Shown here piece after piece: positions 30,895 to 40,871 of a stretch of DNA of 55,731 nucleotides (position 1 is its first letter; the number at the start of each line of letters is the position of its first letter). Origin of the DNA: Nautiliaceae bacterium. GTDB lineage: Bacteria; Campylobacterota; Campylobacteria; Campylobacterales; Nautiliaceae. Location of the stretch: positions 1 to 55,731 of the forward strand of contig JAMOQT010000124.1 of NCBI GenBank assembly GCA_027063865.1, given 5' to 3'. A program made the position numbers and the translations under genes. Under the pieces are notes generated by a model that saw only the letters and a list, made by a program, of their open reading frames with translations, was not told where the DNA came from and made no database searches.

Positions 30895-32316
30895 ATGGAA
30901 GTAAAAGAGTTTTTACAAGAATGTAAACAAAAAGAGATAGAATTTGTTGATTTCAGATTTACGGATATTAAAGGTGTATGGCATCATGTTACATACGATA
31001 TCGACAGCCTTGATGAAGAGGTTTTAAGAAACGGTTTGCCGTTTGACGGTAGTTCAATCCCTGCATGGCAGCCAATTAACGAATCCGATATGGTTTTAAA
31101 ACCGGATTTGAAAATAGGAACTCATTTTGTTGATCCATTTACCGCAGATCCTACTATGGTGGTATTTTGTGACGTATTCAACACAGACGGAACGCCTTAT
31201 GAAAAATGCCCTAGAAGCATTGCAAAAAGAGCGCTTGAATATATGAAAGAGCAAAATATTGCAGATGTTGCGTATTTTGGTCCTGAAAATGAATTTTTCG
31301 TATTTGACAATGTTGTAATCAGAGATGAAATTAACGCTCAGTGTTATGAAGTGGATTCAAGCGAAGGTATCTGGAACGATTACGCAGACTGGGGAGATGA
31401 ATTAAACATCGGTCACAGACCAAGAACAAAAGGAGGATATTTCCCAGTTCCACCAGTTGATTCTATGATGGATTTAAGAGCCGAAATGGTGAAAGTTTTA
31501 AAAGAAGTGGGACTTGAAACGTTTGTCGTTCACCACGAAGTTGCTCAGGCTCAGGGTGAAATTGGTGTTAAATTCGGAACTTTGATTGAAGCTGCTGATA
31601 ATGTTCAAAAACTTAAATACGTAGTTAAAATGGTGGCTCACCTAAACGGAAAAACCGCTACATTTATGCCAAAACCTTTATATGGTGACAACGGAAACGG
31701 AATGCATACGCACATCTCTTTATGGAAAGATGGAAAAAATCTTTTCTATGGTGATGGATATGCGAATTTAAGCAAACTTGGACTTAATTTTATAGGAGGG
31801 GTTTTAAAACATGCTCAGGCTGTTGCCGCATTTACTAATGCTTCGACTAACTCTTATAAAAGATTAATTCCTGGATTTGAAGCTCCTTCAATTCTTACTT
31901 ATTCAGCTAAAAACAGAAGTGCAAGTTGTAGAATTCCTTGGGGGTCCGGTGAAAAATCAGTAAGGGCTGAGTTTAGATTCCCTGACAGTTCAGCATGTCC
32001 TTACCTTGCGTTTACAGCTCTATTAATGGCCGGGCTTGACGGAATTAAAAACGAAATTGACCCGGGAGAGCCGATGGAGATCGATTTATTTGAACTAACT
32101 CTTGATGAAATCAGGGAAAAAGGTATCAAACAAATGCCTCATACTTTAAGGGAAGCTGTTGAAGAAATGCTTAAAGACAAAGAGCTTTTCAAACAGGGTA
32201 ACGTAATGACTGAAGACTTTATTCAAACATATCAGCATTACAAATTCGAAACAGAAATCTGGCCGTGGGAAGGAAGACCGCATCCGTATGAATTCGTAAC
32301 AACTTTCTCTTGCTGA
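30895..32316 (+). CDS. glnA: Glutamine synthetase type I
   Basis: [38 protein letters not shown]; start at ATG 30895 with AGGAG SD. Confidence 0.98.
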   Translation: MEVKEFLQECKQKEIEFVDFRFTDIKGVWHHVTYDIDSLDEEVLRNGLPFDGSSIPAWQPINESDMVLKPDLKIGTHFVDPFTADPTMVVFCDVFNTDGTPYEKCPRSIAKRALEYMKEQNIADVAYFGPENEFFVFDNVVIRDEINAQCYEVDSSEGIWNDYADWGDELNIGHRPRTKGGYFPVPPVDSMMDLRAEMVKVLKEVGLETFVVHHEVAQAQGEIGVKFGTLIEAADNVQKLKYVVKMVAHLNGKTATFMPKPLYGDNGNGMHTHISLWKDGKNLFYGDGYANLSKLGLNFIGGVLKHAQAVAAFTNASTNSYKRLIPGFEAPSILTYSAKNRSASCRIPWGSGEKSVRAEFRFPDSSACPYLAFTALLMAGLDGIKNEIDPGEPMEIDLFELTLDEIREKGIKQMPHTLREAVEEMLKDKELFKQGNVMTEDFIQTYQHYKFETEIWPWEGRPHPYEFVTTFSC

Positions 32317-32372
32317 TATTCTTTTCCTCCCCTTTTTTTTGTTATAATAATTAATTAAATGTAGGGGAGAAT

Positions 32373-33572
32373 ATGAAAATATTAATTATTGAAGACAGCG
32401 AAATCTATTCAAAACTTTTAAAAAAGAACCTGGAAAAAAATCTGGTTTCAGTTAAATGTGAGGTTGTTAAAACTTTTAAAGAGTTAAAAAACAAAAACCT
32501 CAGCGAATACGATCTTTTTTTATGTGATTATATATTGCCTGATTCTCCTAACGGCGAACATATCGATTATATTTTAAAAGTTTCTTCAGATATTATTGTA
32601 ATTACCAACTTTGAAAAAGAATTTTTAGAATCTTCTTATAAAAACAAAATTATAGATTATGTTGCAAAAGATGATTATTACACAATAGGGTATTTGGTTA
32701 ATTTTATAAAAAGATTGTTTAAAAATAGAAATATTAATGTTTTGGCGGTAGATGATTCTACACCTATGTTGAAATATTACGAATCTCTTCTAAAAAAAAT
32801 CAAATTTAATGTTTTTACTGCAAAAAACGGTTTGGAAGCTCTTAATATAATAAATGACAATAACATTGATTTGGTAGTAAGTGATCTGAATATGCCGATA
32901 ATGGACGGTGAAAAGCTTTTAGTAAGTATCAGGGAAAAATACAAGGTAAACGAACTTCCGGTTATTATAGTATCTTCTGACAGTGATAAGGAAAAATTTA
33001 TAAAAACGCTTAAATTCGGGGCAAACGACTTTTTAAAAAAACCTTTTCTAAAAGAAGAGTTTATAATCAGGGTTAACAATATAATGGAAATTTACGATAA
33101 TATAAAAAAAATAGAAAAACAAACCCTTACAGACCCTCTTACAGGGGCATATAACAGGCTGTTTTTGGAAGAAAAGCTTGAATCAATGTTTGCTGTTTAT
33201 GAAAATAAAGCTGTTGTAATGCTTGATATTGACCATTTTAAAAAAATAAACGATACATACGGTCACCAAATGGGTGATTTGATTTTGAAAGATTTTGTAA
33301 AAACAATTAAAAATTCAATCAGAAAAACCGATATAACAGTAAGATACGGAGGAGAGGAGTTTTTAATTTTTATGCCTAACACTTCCAAAGAAGAAGCTAA
33401 AATCGTAACTTATAAAATCAAAAAAAACATATCTCCGGTTAAGGATGTTTCGTATACATTTTCCGCCGGAATTGCGGATGAGGGCGAAACACTTGCCGAA
33501 ATGATTAAAATAGCGGATGAGAGGCTGTATAAGGCTAAAAAAGAAGGAAGAAACAGATTTACAATCAATTAG
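32373..33572 (+). CDS. Response-regulator diguanylate cyclase (REC-REC-GGDEF; CbrR/PleD-like)
   Basis: Two receiver domains, DIDHFKKINDTYGH, RKTD I-site, GGEEF. Confidence 0.92.
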   Translation: MKILIIEDSEIYSKLLKKNLEKNLVSVKCEVVKTFKELKNKNLSEYDLFLCDYILPDSPNGEHIDYILKVSSDIIVITNFEKEFLESSYKNKIIDYVAKDDYYTIGYLVNFIKRLFKNRNINVLAVDDSTPMLKYYESLLKKIKFNVFTAKNGLEALNIINDNNIDLVVSDLNMPIMDGEKLLVSIREKYKVNELPVIIVSSDSDKEKFIKTLKFGANDFLKKPFLKEEFIIRVNNIMEIYDNIKKIEKQTLTDPLTGAYNRLFLEEKLESMFAVYENKAVVMLDIDHFKKINDTYGHQMGDLILKDFVKTIKNSIRKTDITVRYGGEEFLIFMPNTSKEEAKIVTYKIKKNISPVKDVSYTFSAGIADEGETLAEMIKIADERLYKAKKEGRNRFTIN

Positions 33573-34503
33573 GTATATAGACTTTTTTAATCAACTCTTC
33601 GTATTCTTCCCGTGCGTTGCTGTCTATTGTAATACCTCCGCCGCTTTTATAAATGAATTGAGAATTGAGAATGGAGAATGGAGAATTGTTTTCAACATAT
33701 CGAATTATAACCGCACTGTCAAGAAACGTTTTTTCATCGGTTATGCCAAATATTCCGGTATAAAATCCCCTTTCATAATTTTCAGCTTTTTTTATAATTT
33801 CAACCGTTTTTTTCTTAGGAGTGCCAGTTATTGAACCGGCAGGCAGCATCTGTTTTATAAGCTCAAGCCAGTTGCTATGCCAGTTGTTAGGCAAAGTTGC
33901 TTCTATTTCGCTGCTTACCTGTAAAAGATATTTATCTCCCGCTTTAATTTTATCAACAAATCTGAATTTATTTACCATTACTTTTCTTCCTATTATTCCA
34001 AGGTCGTTTCTTAAAAGGTCAACAACCATCGTGTGTTCAGCCATTTCTTTTTTGTTTGAGAGTATTTTTTCTTTGGCATTTTCAATTGAAGCGTCAATTG
34101 TTCCTTTCATAGGATATGTATAAATTTTATTGTTTTGAATTTTTACAAATCTCTCGGGTGAGAAGCATACGAATCTGTTTTTAAAATAAAGCTTAAAAGG
34201 TGCTTTTGCCGAAGAAAAAATATCTAATAAATTACAGTTAGTTTTTATTTGTGTAGGAAAGGTAAGATTTAAAAGATAAGTGTTTCCTTTTTTTATCTCT
34301 TCTATTACGTAATCAAAAGCTTTTTTGTATTTTTCAAAAGAAATCGGCTCTTTTTTTAAAATTTTGCAATTTTTACCCGTATGAAAATTATGGTTTTTAT
34401 AACCGGGAAATGAAAAAAAGATGTTTTCTAATTTATTAACATCTTCAATATAAGTGTTTCCGTTAAAATCTATTAAAAAAAATTTTAATTTTTCACTTTT
34501 CAC
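33565..34503 (-). CDS. pabB: Aminodeoxychorismate synthase component I
   Basis: [42 protein letters not shown]. Confidence 0.92.
   Translation of the reverse strand: MKSEKLKFFLIDFNGNTYIEDVNKLENIFFSFPGYKNHNFHTGKNCKILKKEPISFEKYKKAFDYVIEEIKKGNTYLLNLTFPTQIKTNCNLLDIFSSAKAPFKLYFKNRFVCFSPERFVKIQNNKIYTYPMKGTIDASIENAKEKILSNKKEMAEHTMVVDLLRNDLGIIGRKVMVNKFRFVDKIKAGDKYLLQVSSEIEATLPNNWHSNWLELIKQMLPAGSITGTPKKKTVEIIKKAENYERGFYTGIFGITDEKTFLDSAVIIRYVENNSPFSILNSQFIYKSGGGITIDSNAREEYEELIKKVYIPN
33654..33688 (+). repeat. In-frame heptamer array AGAATTG/AGAATGG x5 inside pabB
   Basis: Encodes [11 protein letters not shown] on the coding strand. Confidence 0.9.
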
Positions 34504-34518
34504 TTTTCACTTTTCATT
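34491..34518 (-). repeat. Heptamer array AGTGAAA forming the pyrB/pabB junction
   Basis: AATGAAA AGTGAAA AGTGAAA AGTGAAA contains the pyrB TGA and the pabB GTG. Confidence 0.85.
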
Positions 34519-35384
34519 AAAAGATGTTTAAGTATTGCCATTCTGACCGCCACACCGTTTTTAACCTGATCTAAAACAAGGCATCTTTCATCTTCCATAA
34601 TTTCGTCGTCAAGGTCGATATTTCTGTGAACGGGACCCGGGTGCATTATTAATATGTTTTTATTTCCTATAAGTTTTTTTGTAATTTTAAAATTTTGTGC
34701 ATAATCCTGAAGTGATGAAAAAGTCGGATTTTTATGCCTTTCAGTTTGGGTTCTGAGGCTGATTATTGCATCTGCAAAGTTTATTGCCTCTTTTAGATTG
34801 TGAGTTGTTGGCAGATTGGTTTTCGGTAAAAACTGAGGGGGACCAACAAGCAGCACTTTTGCGCCGAATCTGCTGAAAAGTTCAATGTCGCTGTTTGCGA
34901 CTCTGCTGTTTCTTATATCTCCGACAATTGCTATTTTTTTATCTTTTAAATTTCCCCATTTCTGCATTAGGGTAAATAAATCCAAAAGCCCCTGTGTAGG
35001 ATGCTGATGGGCTCCGTCACCTGCGTTTATAATGGAACATTTGACGTATTTCGAGAGAATTTTAGGCACGCCTGCACGATTGTGGCGCACAACGATTGCA
35101 TCGGGTCCCATTGCATCAAGGTTTGCCGCGGTGTCAAAAAGCGTTTCGCCTTTGCTGGTTGAACTTCTGGCTACATCCAAATTTACAACGTCAGCTCCTA
35201 ATCTTTTGGCGGCTATTTCAAAACTGCTTCTCGTTCTTGTAGAATTTTCAAAAAAAATATTGATAATCAGTTTACCTTCTAAATCATCTCTTTTTTTAAA
35301 ATCCAAGAATTTTTCGGCATCTGAGAAGATTTGTAATATTTCATTTTTGCTTAAGTCTTTGGTATGGGTTAAATGTTTTGACAT
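34500..35384 (-). CDS. pyrB: Aspartate carbamoyltransferase catalytic subunit
   Basis: [24 protein letters not shown]. Confidence 0.97.
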   Translation of the reverse strand: MSKHLTHTKDLSKNEILQIFSDAEKFLDFKKRDDLEGKLIINIFFENSTRTRSSFEIAAKRLGADVVNLDVARSSTSKGETLFDTAANLDAMGPDAIVVRHNRAGVPKILSKYVKCSIINAGDGAHQHPTQGLLDLFTLMQKWGNLKDKKIAIVGDIRNSRVANSDIELFSRFGAKVLLVGPPQFLPKTNLPTTHNLKEAINFADAIISLRTQTERHKNPTFSSLQDYAQNFKITKKLIGNKNILIMHPGPVHRNIDLDDEIMEDERCLVLDQVKNGVAVRMAILKHLLMKSEK

Positions 35385-35437
35385 TTAATTCCTTTTTTGT
35401 ATAATTTTACTATATTTCAAATAAAAAAGGAGAAAAA

Positions 35438-35536
35438 ATGGAATTTGGGACTATTTTAACAGCTTCATTTATTACAACTTTTGCATTCATAGGATTAGTT
35501 TATTACTTTATGATGAATGCGGGGGCTGAAGCTTAA
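35438..35536 (+). CDS. Unannotated 32-aa single-TM small protein
   Basis: MEFGTILTASFITTFAFIGLVYYFMMNAGAEA; AAGGAG 5 nt before the ATG; TGTATAAT at 35398-35405. Confidence 0.7.
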   Translation: MEFGTILTASFITTFAFIGLVYYFMMNAGAEA

Positions 35537-36414
35537 TTTTTAAGTTTTAAATACACACGTAGGGGAGGGGGATACCCTTCCACCGTTTTGCTTAAATCTT
35601 CAGTAAGGAAGTTATTTAGGCTTTCACCTTCAATCCAGTCTGTTTTGCGCTGTTCTGTTAGGTCTGTATATCTTTTTCCTAAAAATTTAATTTCTTTGAA
35701 TTTTGCTTTTTCTATCCAGTTGTAAAGAGCTTTTAATGTTGGAATAAAATATACGTTTTTCATTTTCTGATATCTGACGGGACATAGGGCGATTTCCTCT
35801 TCTCCTTCTATTATTAACGTATCAAGTATTACTTCGCTGTTAGGTTTTAGTCCTGCTTTTAATTCTTTAAGCATTGTAACAGGATCGGGTCTGTGGTATA
35901 AAACGCCAAGACAGAAAATGGTATCGAATTTTTTTTCGTAATGCGGGACGTGTTCTACGCCTAAAAGTTTATATTCTATATCGCTTTTTATAAAAGTATT
36001 AATAAAATCAAACTGCAGGTTAAAAAGAGCGCTTGGGTCAAACCCTGTTATGCTTTTGGGATTCATTTCAAGCATTCTGAACATATAATATCCGTTGTTG
36101 CATCCGACATCCAAAACATCCTTGCCTTCAAGGTTTAAATGAGGCTTGATTATATTCCATTTAATATAGCTTCTCCATTCGGTGTCTATAAATAAATCAT
36201 TAATTTTAAAGGGACCTTTTCTCCATGGCTTCATCATTTTTGCAATATTTTTAATTTCAGGCATTAATTTTTCATCTGTGTTTATTTCAATAACATCATT
36301 AATTCTCCATTCTCCATTCTCAATTCTCAATTTATTAAGCTCTTCTTTAATAGGTTTAATGTTTTTCCATTCAAACCATTTTTGGCGCTCTTTTAATATA
36401 TCGTTTATATTCAT
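35533..36414 (-). CDS. cmoB: tRNA U34 carboxymethyltransferase
   Basis: PWRKGPF, IDTEWRS, LDVGCNNGY, LGVLYH, TVEGYPPP. Confidence 0.95.
   Translation of the reverse strand: MNINDILKERQKWFEWKNIKPIKEELNKLRIENGEWRINDVIEINTDEKLMPEIKNIAKMMKPWRKGPFKINDLFIDTEWRSYIKWNIIKPHLNLEGKDVLDVGCNNGYYMFRMLEMNPKSITGFDPSALFNLQFDFINTFIKSDIEYKLLGVEHVPHYEKKFDTIFCLGVLYHRPDPVTMLKELKAGLKPNSEVILDTLIIEGEEEIALCPVRYQKMKNVYFIPTLKALYNWIEKAKFKEIKFLGKRYTDLTEQRKTDWIEGESLNNFLTEDLSKTVEGYPPPLRVYLKLKN
36301..36335 (-). repeat. In-frame heptamer array inside cmoB
   Basis: Encodes [12 protein letters not shown]; 36301-36332 is the exact reverse complement of 33656-33687. Confidence 0.9.
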
Positions 36415-36431
36415 TTTATCCCTTTACAATG

Positions 36432-36503
36432 AAGCTGAAAACATAAAGCTCAAAGCTTAAAGCAAAATATATGCAATATTTTTTATAGAGCTTTTAGCTT
36501 TAG
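36432..36503. repeat. AAGCTNA heptamer array + core + inverted arm
   Basis: AAGCTGA AAACATA AAGCTCA AAGCTTA AAGCAAAATATATGCAATATT...AGAGCTT TTAGCTT. Confidence 0.88.
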
Positions 36504-36525
36504 GCGTTTGCATGGGCAAACTAAT

Positions 36526-36732
36526 TTAATTGCAATCTAAACAAACAGGCGGTTTGTTTTTGTCTTTTTTCGAATCGAAATTATACACATTGTTTTCACA
36601 TTTTTCGTGATATACGCCGTAATAGTCGTAATATTCTTTGCATTCCGGGTAATATTTGAGTGAAATTCCTTTTTTATTTATACATCCTATGAAAAAAAGT
36701 GGTATCATAATTAACAGGAATTTAAGTTTCAT
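36526..36732 (-). CDS. Small lipoprotein
   Basis: Lipobox FIGC; CKEYYDYYG.YHEKC motif. Confidence 0.75.
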   Translation of the reverse strand: MKLKFLLIMIPLFFIGCINKKGISLKYYPECKEYYDYYGVYHEKCENNVYNFDSKKDKNKPPVCLDCN

Positions 36733-36762
36733 AAAATGCCTTTTTGTTAATTATATCTAAAA

Positions 36763-36839
36763 AAGTTGTGAAGTGGTGAAGTAGATAAGTTGTGAAGTTG
36801 TGAAGTTGTGAAGGTGTGAAGGTAGAAGGATGAAGGTTG
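36763..36839 (+). repeat. 8-mer array AAGTTGTG (7 units) grading into 7-mers AAGGTAG/AAGGATG/AAGGTTG
   Basis: Read directly. Confidence 0.9.
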
Positions 36840-36862
36840 AAGAAAAAAAAGAAAGGATTGAT

Positions 36863-38053
36863 ATGGAAAAAGTTTTGGAAATTTTTAAAAAAATAACAAA
36901 AATCCCTCACTGCAGCGGTAATACCGGAAAAATGAAAGAGTTTTTAATTGAATGGATTAAAAAATGCGGATATGAATATAAAACTGACAGGGCGGGGAAT
37001 GTTTTGGCTTATAAAAACACACCCGTTTTGTGTCTGCAGAGTCATTATGATATGGTTTGCGTGGGAAATGCGCCGGATATTGAAATTATAGAGGAAAACG
37101 GATGGTTAAAAGCCAAAAACTCGACACTCGGGGCTGATAACGGAATTGGTATTGCGATAATGCTTTATTTGATGCAAGAATATGATAATTTAGAGTTTTT
37201 ATTTACAAACGATGAGGAAATAGGGCTTGTAGGGGCGTTTAATCTTGAACTAAATATAAAAAGCGAATATTTGTTAAATCTTGACAGTGAGGATGAAAAT
37301 ATATATATCGGATGTGCGGGAGGAGCGGATGTAAAAATTAAATATCCCATTGAATATGAAACGTTAAGGGGATTTTGTGCTGATATGAAAATAGAAAATC
37401 TTCCGGGCGGTCACAGCGGTGTTGATATTGATAAAAATATTCCAAATGCAATAGTGGAACTTATACATAAAATTGAAAATATATGTTCCTTGCAAGGAGG
37501 CGAGAGAAGAAATTCAATTCCTGCTAACGCATATGCAAAAATATGTTTTGAGTCGGAAAATGCTCAAGAAATTGAAATAATCTCAAAAGAATATCTTGAA
37601 TTTCTAAAAAAACTTCCACACGGTGTACTTGAATATGATTTTGAATTTCAGGTTGTCAGTAAATCGGTAAATTTAGCGATTGTAGATAATGAAAATATCG
37701 TTTTATCCCTCAGGGCGAATTCAAATGAGAAACTTGAAGAAGTGAAAGAATATATAAAACAAAAATGTACAGGGGTTGAAATAGAGTTTGAAGGGGAGTA
37801 TCCTGCATGGAAGCCTGAAATTAGCAGTCTTGCAAAGATACTGAAAGAAATTATGAATACTGAATATAAAGTAATACATGCAGGGCTTGAATGTGCGGTA
37901 CTCAAAAATAAATTTCCGGATGTCAAAATGGCTTCAATAGGACCTGTGATAGAAAACCCGCATTCTGTAAATGAAAGGGTAAAAATCGAATCGGTAAAAA
38001 AAATATATGAAACTGTAATTAAATTAGTCGATTTGTTACAAAAAGTAACATAA
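36863..38053 (+). CDS. pepD: Aminoacyl-histidine dipeptidase (M20C)
   Basis: LQSHYDMV, LGADNGIG, DEEIG, GGHSG, IHAGLEC, PHSVNE; start moved to ATG 36863 (AAGGA SD). Confidence 0.9.
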   Translation: MEKVLEIFKKITKIPHCSGNTGKMKEFLIEWIKKCGYEYKTDRAGNVLAYKNTPVLCLQSHYDMVCVGNAPDIEIIEENGWLKAKNSTLGADNGIGIAIMLYLMQEYDNLEFLFTNDEEIGLVGAFNLELNIKSEYLLNLDSEDENIYIGCAGGADVKIKYPIEYETLRGFCADMKIENLPGGHSGVDIDKNIPNAIVELIHKIENICSLQGGERRNSIPANAYAKICFESENAQEIEIISKEYLEFLKKLPHGVLEYDFEFQVVSKSVNLAIVDNENIVLSLRANSNEKLEEVKEYIKQKCTGVEIEFEGEYPAWKPEISSLAKILKEIMNTEYKVIHAGLECAVLKNKFPDVKMASIGPVIENPHSVNERVKIESVKKIYETVIKLVDLLQKVT

Positions 38054-38133
38054 ATGAATAAAGAAATTTATTTTAAGACGATTTATCTTTGTTAAAGAGT
38101 TATAATAAAAAAATGGTATAAAAAGGAAATATC

Positions 38134-38514
38134 GTGAATACGCATAAAATAATTTCGGGTTTTTTCTTTATTTTAGCAATGACGCTTAATTTCGGGTTTG
38201 TTTACGGAGACCCTACAATAATCGAACAGCACAGCGCGTATGAGCTTTTTTTTACAATCATAGTGAATTTGATAGCAACAATTCTTAAATTAGGCGATAA
38301 AACCCAGCTTGGTGCTGTGCTTTTGGCAACGAGTCTGGTTGCAGATTTGCAGTTGTTGGCGTCTGCTGCCGTATGGGCGGTGGCACTTTACGGGGTTCAG
38401 AAATTTACCGTTACAACTTCGGTTACAATTGTTTCACTTGCAGGAGGTGCTTTTTTGGCAAATCTTGTATCGGTGATACTTTTTATCGGTGATACGCTAA
38501 AATCTAAAAGATAA
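38134..38514 (+). CDS. Small four-TM conserved membrane protein
   Basis: GFFFILAMTLNFGF...ATSLVADLQL; GTG start with AAGGA SD. Confidence 0.75.
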   Translation: MNTHKIISGFFFILAMTLNFGFVYGDPTIIEQHSAYELFFTIIVNLIATILKLGDKTQLGAVLLATSLVADLQLLASAAVWAVALYGVQKFTVTTSVTIVSLAGGAFLANLVSVILFIGDTLKSKR

Positions 38515-38520
38515 TTAATT

Positions 38521-40173
38521 ATGGACAACCAACTTATTTGGATTATTTTAAAGAAATTAAGAGCGCCGTTTCTGGTTATTATATTTACTTTTTCAATTTC
38601 AATTCTCGGAATGATGCTGATACCGGGAGTTGATGATAAAGGAAATGTTTATTATCTTAATTTTTTTGATGCTATTTATTTTGTAAGCTATATGGCGACC
38701 ACAATAGGTTTTGGAGAATCCCCTTACGCTTTTACCTATCCTCAAAAGCTGTGGGTTACGGTTGCAATTTATTTAACGGTGATAGGCTGGTTTTACGGAA
38801 TAGGGACTATTGTTTCGCTTATTCAGGATGAAACGCTGAAAAAAGCCATAAATACGAATAAATTCAGAAAACAGGTTTTAGGTTTAAAAGAAAAATTTTA
38901 TATTATATTAGGATATAACAGAATCACAAAAGACATTATTAATTTTGCGGGTGAAAATGGTTACAGATTTGTAGTAATTGATAAAAACGAAGAAAAAATA
39001 GAAGAACTGTATCTTGAAAATTTTCAGCCTTATGTTCCCGCTATAATGGGGGACGCTACAAATCAGAACGTATTAAAACTTGCGGGAATCGGACTTGAAA
39101 ACTGCAAAGGCGTTATATCTTTGTTTGAGGATGATGCTAAAAATATGGAAATTGCCACTGTTTGCAAACTTCTTAATAAAAATATCGATATAATAGTAAA
39201 AGCAACTTCAAAAAATCAATTTGATTATTATAAGTCATTAGGGATTAAATATATACAAAACCCTTTTAAAATTATATCCGATAGAATCTATTACAATCTT
39301 ACTGCTCCTTATATCTGGCTTTTAGAACTTTGGGCATACGGGCACAGCCTTAAATTTTCGAAAAAAGACCTTTTTCCACACGGAAAATATCTAATCTGCG
39401 GATACGGAAGAATGGGAAAAGCGCTTGAAGAGGGACTTAAAAGAGCCGGTATCGAGTATGAAATTTTTAATATTAAGACCCAAGAGTATAAAGCCAAAAA
39501 AGGCAGCGTAATATTCGGGGATGAAGAAGATAAAAAAAATTTAGAAAAACTTAATATTAAAAAAATTGATGCAATAATTGCTTCGACTAACAATGATCTC
39601 TTAAATTTAACGATTATAAATAAAGCAAAAGAATTAAACCCTAAAATTTATACAATAGCGAGAGAAAATTCACTTGAGGATTTAACTATATTTCAAGCTG
39701 CAAAAATTGACAGAATATATGTTTTGGAAAAAATTTTAGCGGAATATACCTATACGGTTATTTCCAGGCCGCTTGTAAATGCCTTTATTGAAGAAATAAG
39801 AAAAAAAGACAATGAATGGGCTGAAGTTATCGTAAATATATTAAAAACGATAGCCGGTGAAAATCCGCTTTATTATGAAATTGAAATAAATGAAAAAAAC
39901 GCTTACGCACTTTGCAGAAGACTTGAAAAAGGTGAAAAAATAACATACGGGGATATTAGGAAATCCAGGGCTGATAGAAACGAACTTTTAAAAATAGTGT
40001 ATCTTTTATTAAAAAGAGACGAAAAAACGATACTGATGCCGACTCCGCAGACGGAAATAAAAATAAACGATAAACTGTTAATAGCGGCTGATGAGGAAAA
40101 TATTGACGATTTCGAATATATCGTAAATAACATATACGAACTTGAATATGTATTAAATAAAAAGGGGACATAA
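38521..40173 (+). CDS. Potassium channel-like protein with two RCK/TrkA-N domains
   Basis: 2TM/pore with TTIGFGE filter; ILGYNRI and ICGYGRMG Rossmann motifs. Confidence 0.85.
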   Translation: MDNQLIWIILKKLRAPFLVIIFTFSISILGMMLIPGVDDKGNVYYLNFFDAIYFVSYMATTIGFGESPYAFTYPQKLWVTVAIYLTVIGWFYGIGTIVSLIQDETLKKAINTNKFRKQVLGLKEKFYIILGYNRITKDIINFAGENGYRFVVIDKNEEKIEELYLENFQPYVPAIMGDATNQNVLKLAGIGLENCKGVISLFEDDAKNMEIATVCKLLNKNIDIIVKATSKNQFDYYKSLGIKYIQNPFKIISDRIYYNLTAPYIWLLELWAYGHSLKFSKKDLFPHGKYLICGYGRMGKALEEGLKRAGIEYEIFNIKTQEYKAKKGSVIFGDEEDKKNLEKLNIKKIDAIIASTNNDLLNLTIINKAKELNPKIYTIARENSLEDLTIFQAAKIDRIYVLEKILAEYTYTVISRPLVNAFIEEIRKKDNEWAEVIVNILKTIAGENPLYYEIEINEKNAYALCRRLEKGEKITYGDIRKSRADRNELLKIVYLLLKRDEKTILMPTPQTEIKINDKLLIAADEENIDDFEYIVNNIYELEYVLNKKGT

Positions 40174-40793
40174 TGAGTGAAAAACTTTTTAAAGGTGTTT
40201 TGAATTTTAAAAAAGAGGATTTTGAGGCGCATAGGGAGTTATTTGAAGAGCTTAAAGAAGGGCAAAAGCCTCATACTTTTTATATAGGCTGCAGTGACAG
40301 TAGGATTGTGCCGAATTTAATAACTAAAACAATGCCCGGTGAAGTGTTTGTGGTAAGAAACATTGCAAACATAGTGCCGCCATATGATATTAATGACGGT
40401 ACGTTAAAATGTACTGCTTCCGCACTTGAATATGCGGTTAAATATCTGGAGGTTGAAAATATTTTGGTCTGCGGACACAGTAACTGCGGGGGACTGAAAG
40501 CACTTTTTTATCCGCCTGAAAAACTTGAGGCACTTCCTAATGTAAAAAAATGGCTTGAAATTATTGACGATGTAAAAAAAACTGTAGAAAACATACAGGA
40601 CCCTAAACTCAGGGAATGGGAAATAGAACAGCTCAATGTAATAAAACAGCTTGATAATTTAATGACATATCCTTTTGTAAAAGAAAAAGTGGAAGAGGGC
40701 AAACTTAATTTAATAGGCTGGTATTATATAATTGAAACGGGTGAGGTTTATAATTATAATTCGGAAAAAAACGAATTTGAGCTTATTAATTAA
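40173..40793 (+). CDS. can: Beta-class carbonic anhydrase
   Basis: GCSDSR, RNIAN, CGHSNCGG. Confidence 0.95.
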   Translation: MSEKLFKGVLNFKKEDFEAHRELFEELKEGQKPHTFYIGCSDSRIVPNLITKTMPGEVFVVRNIANIVPPYDINDGTLKCTASALEYAVKYLEVENILVCGHSNCGGLKALFYPPEKLEALPNVKKWLEIIDDVKKTVENIQDPKLREWEIEQLNVIKQLDNLMTYPFVKEKVEEGKLNLIGWYYIIETGEVYNYNSEKNEFELIN

Positions 40794-40837
40794 TGTGGAT
40801 GAGCAAGCAGATAGGCTGTAAGGAAATACTCTTCCTT

Positions 40838-40869
40838 TACCACTTACCTACTTCACAACTTTACCACTT
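40838..40869 (-). repeat. 8-mer array (AAGTGGTA/AAGTTGTG/AAGTAGGT x4) between convergent genes
   Basis: + strand TACCACTT ACCTACTT CACAACTT TACCACTT. Confidence 0.8.
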
Positions 40870-40871
40870 TC

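Noticed and set aside
32317-32341. Intrinsic terminator after glnA
   Set aside because: A T-tract is present but no convincing GC stem precedes it.
36722-36910. 62-aa minus-strand ORF
   Set aside because: A translation of the repeat array (PSQLHNFTT) antisense to the pepD start; no independent coding signal.
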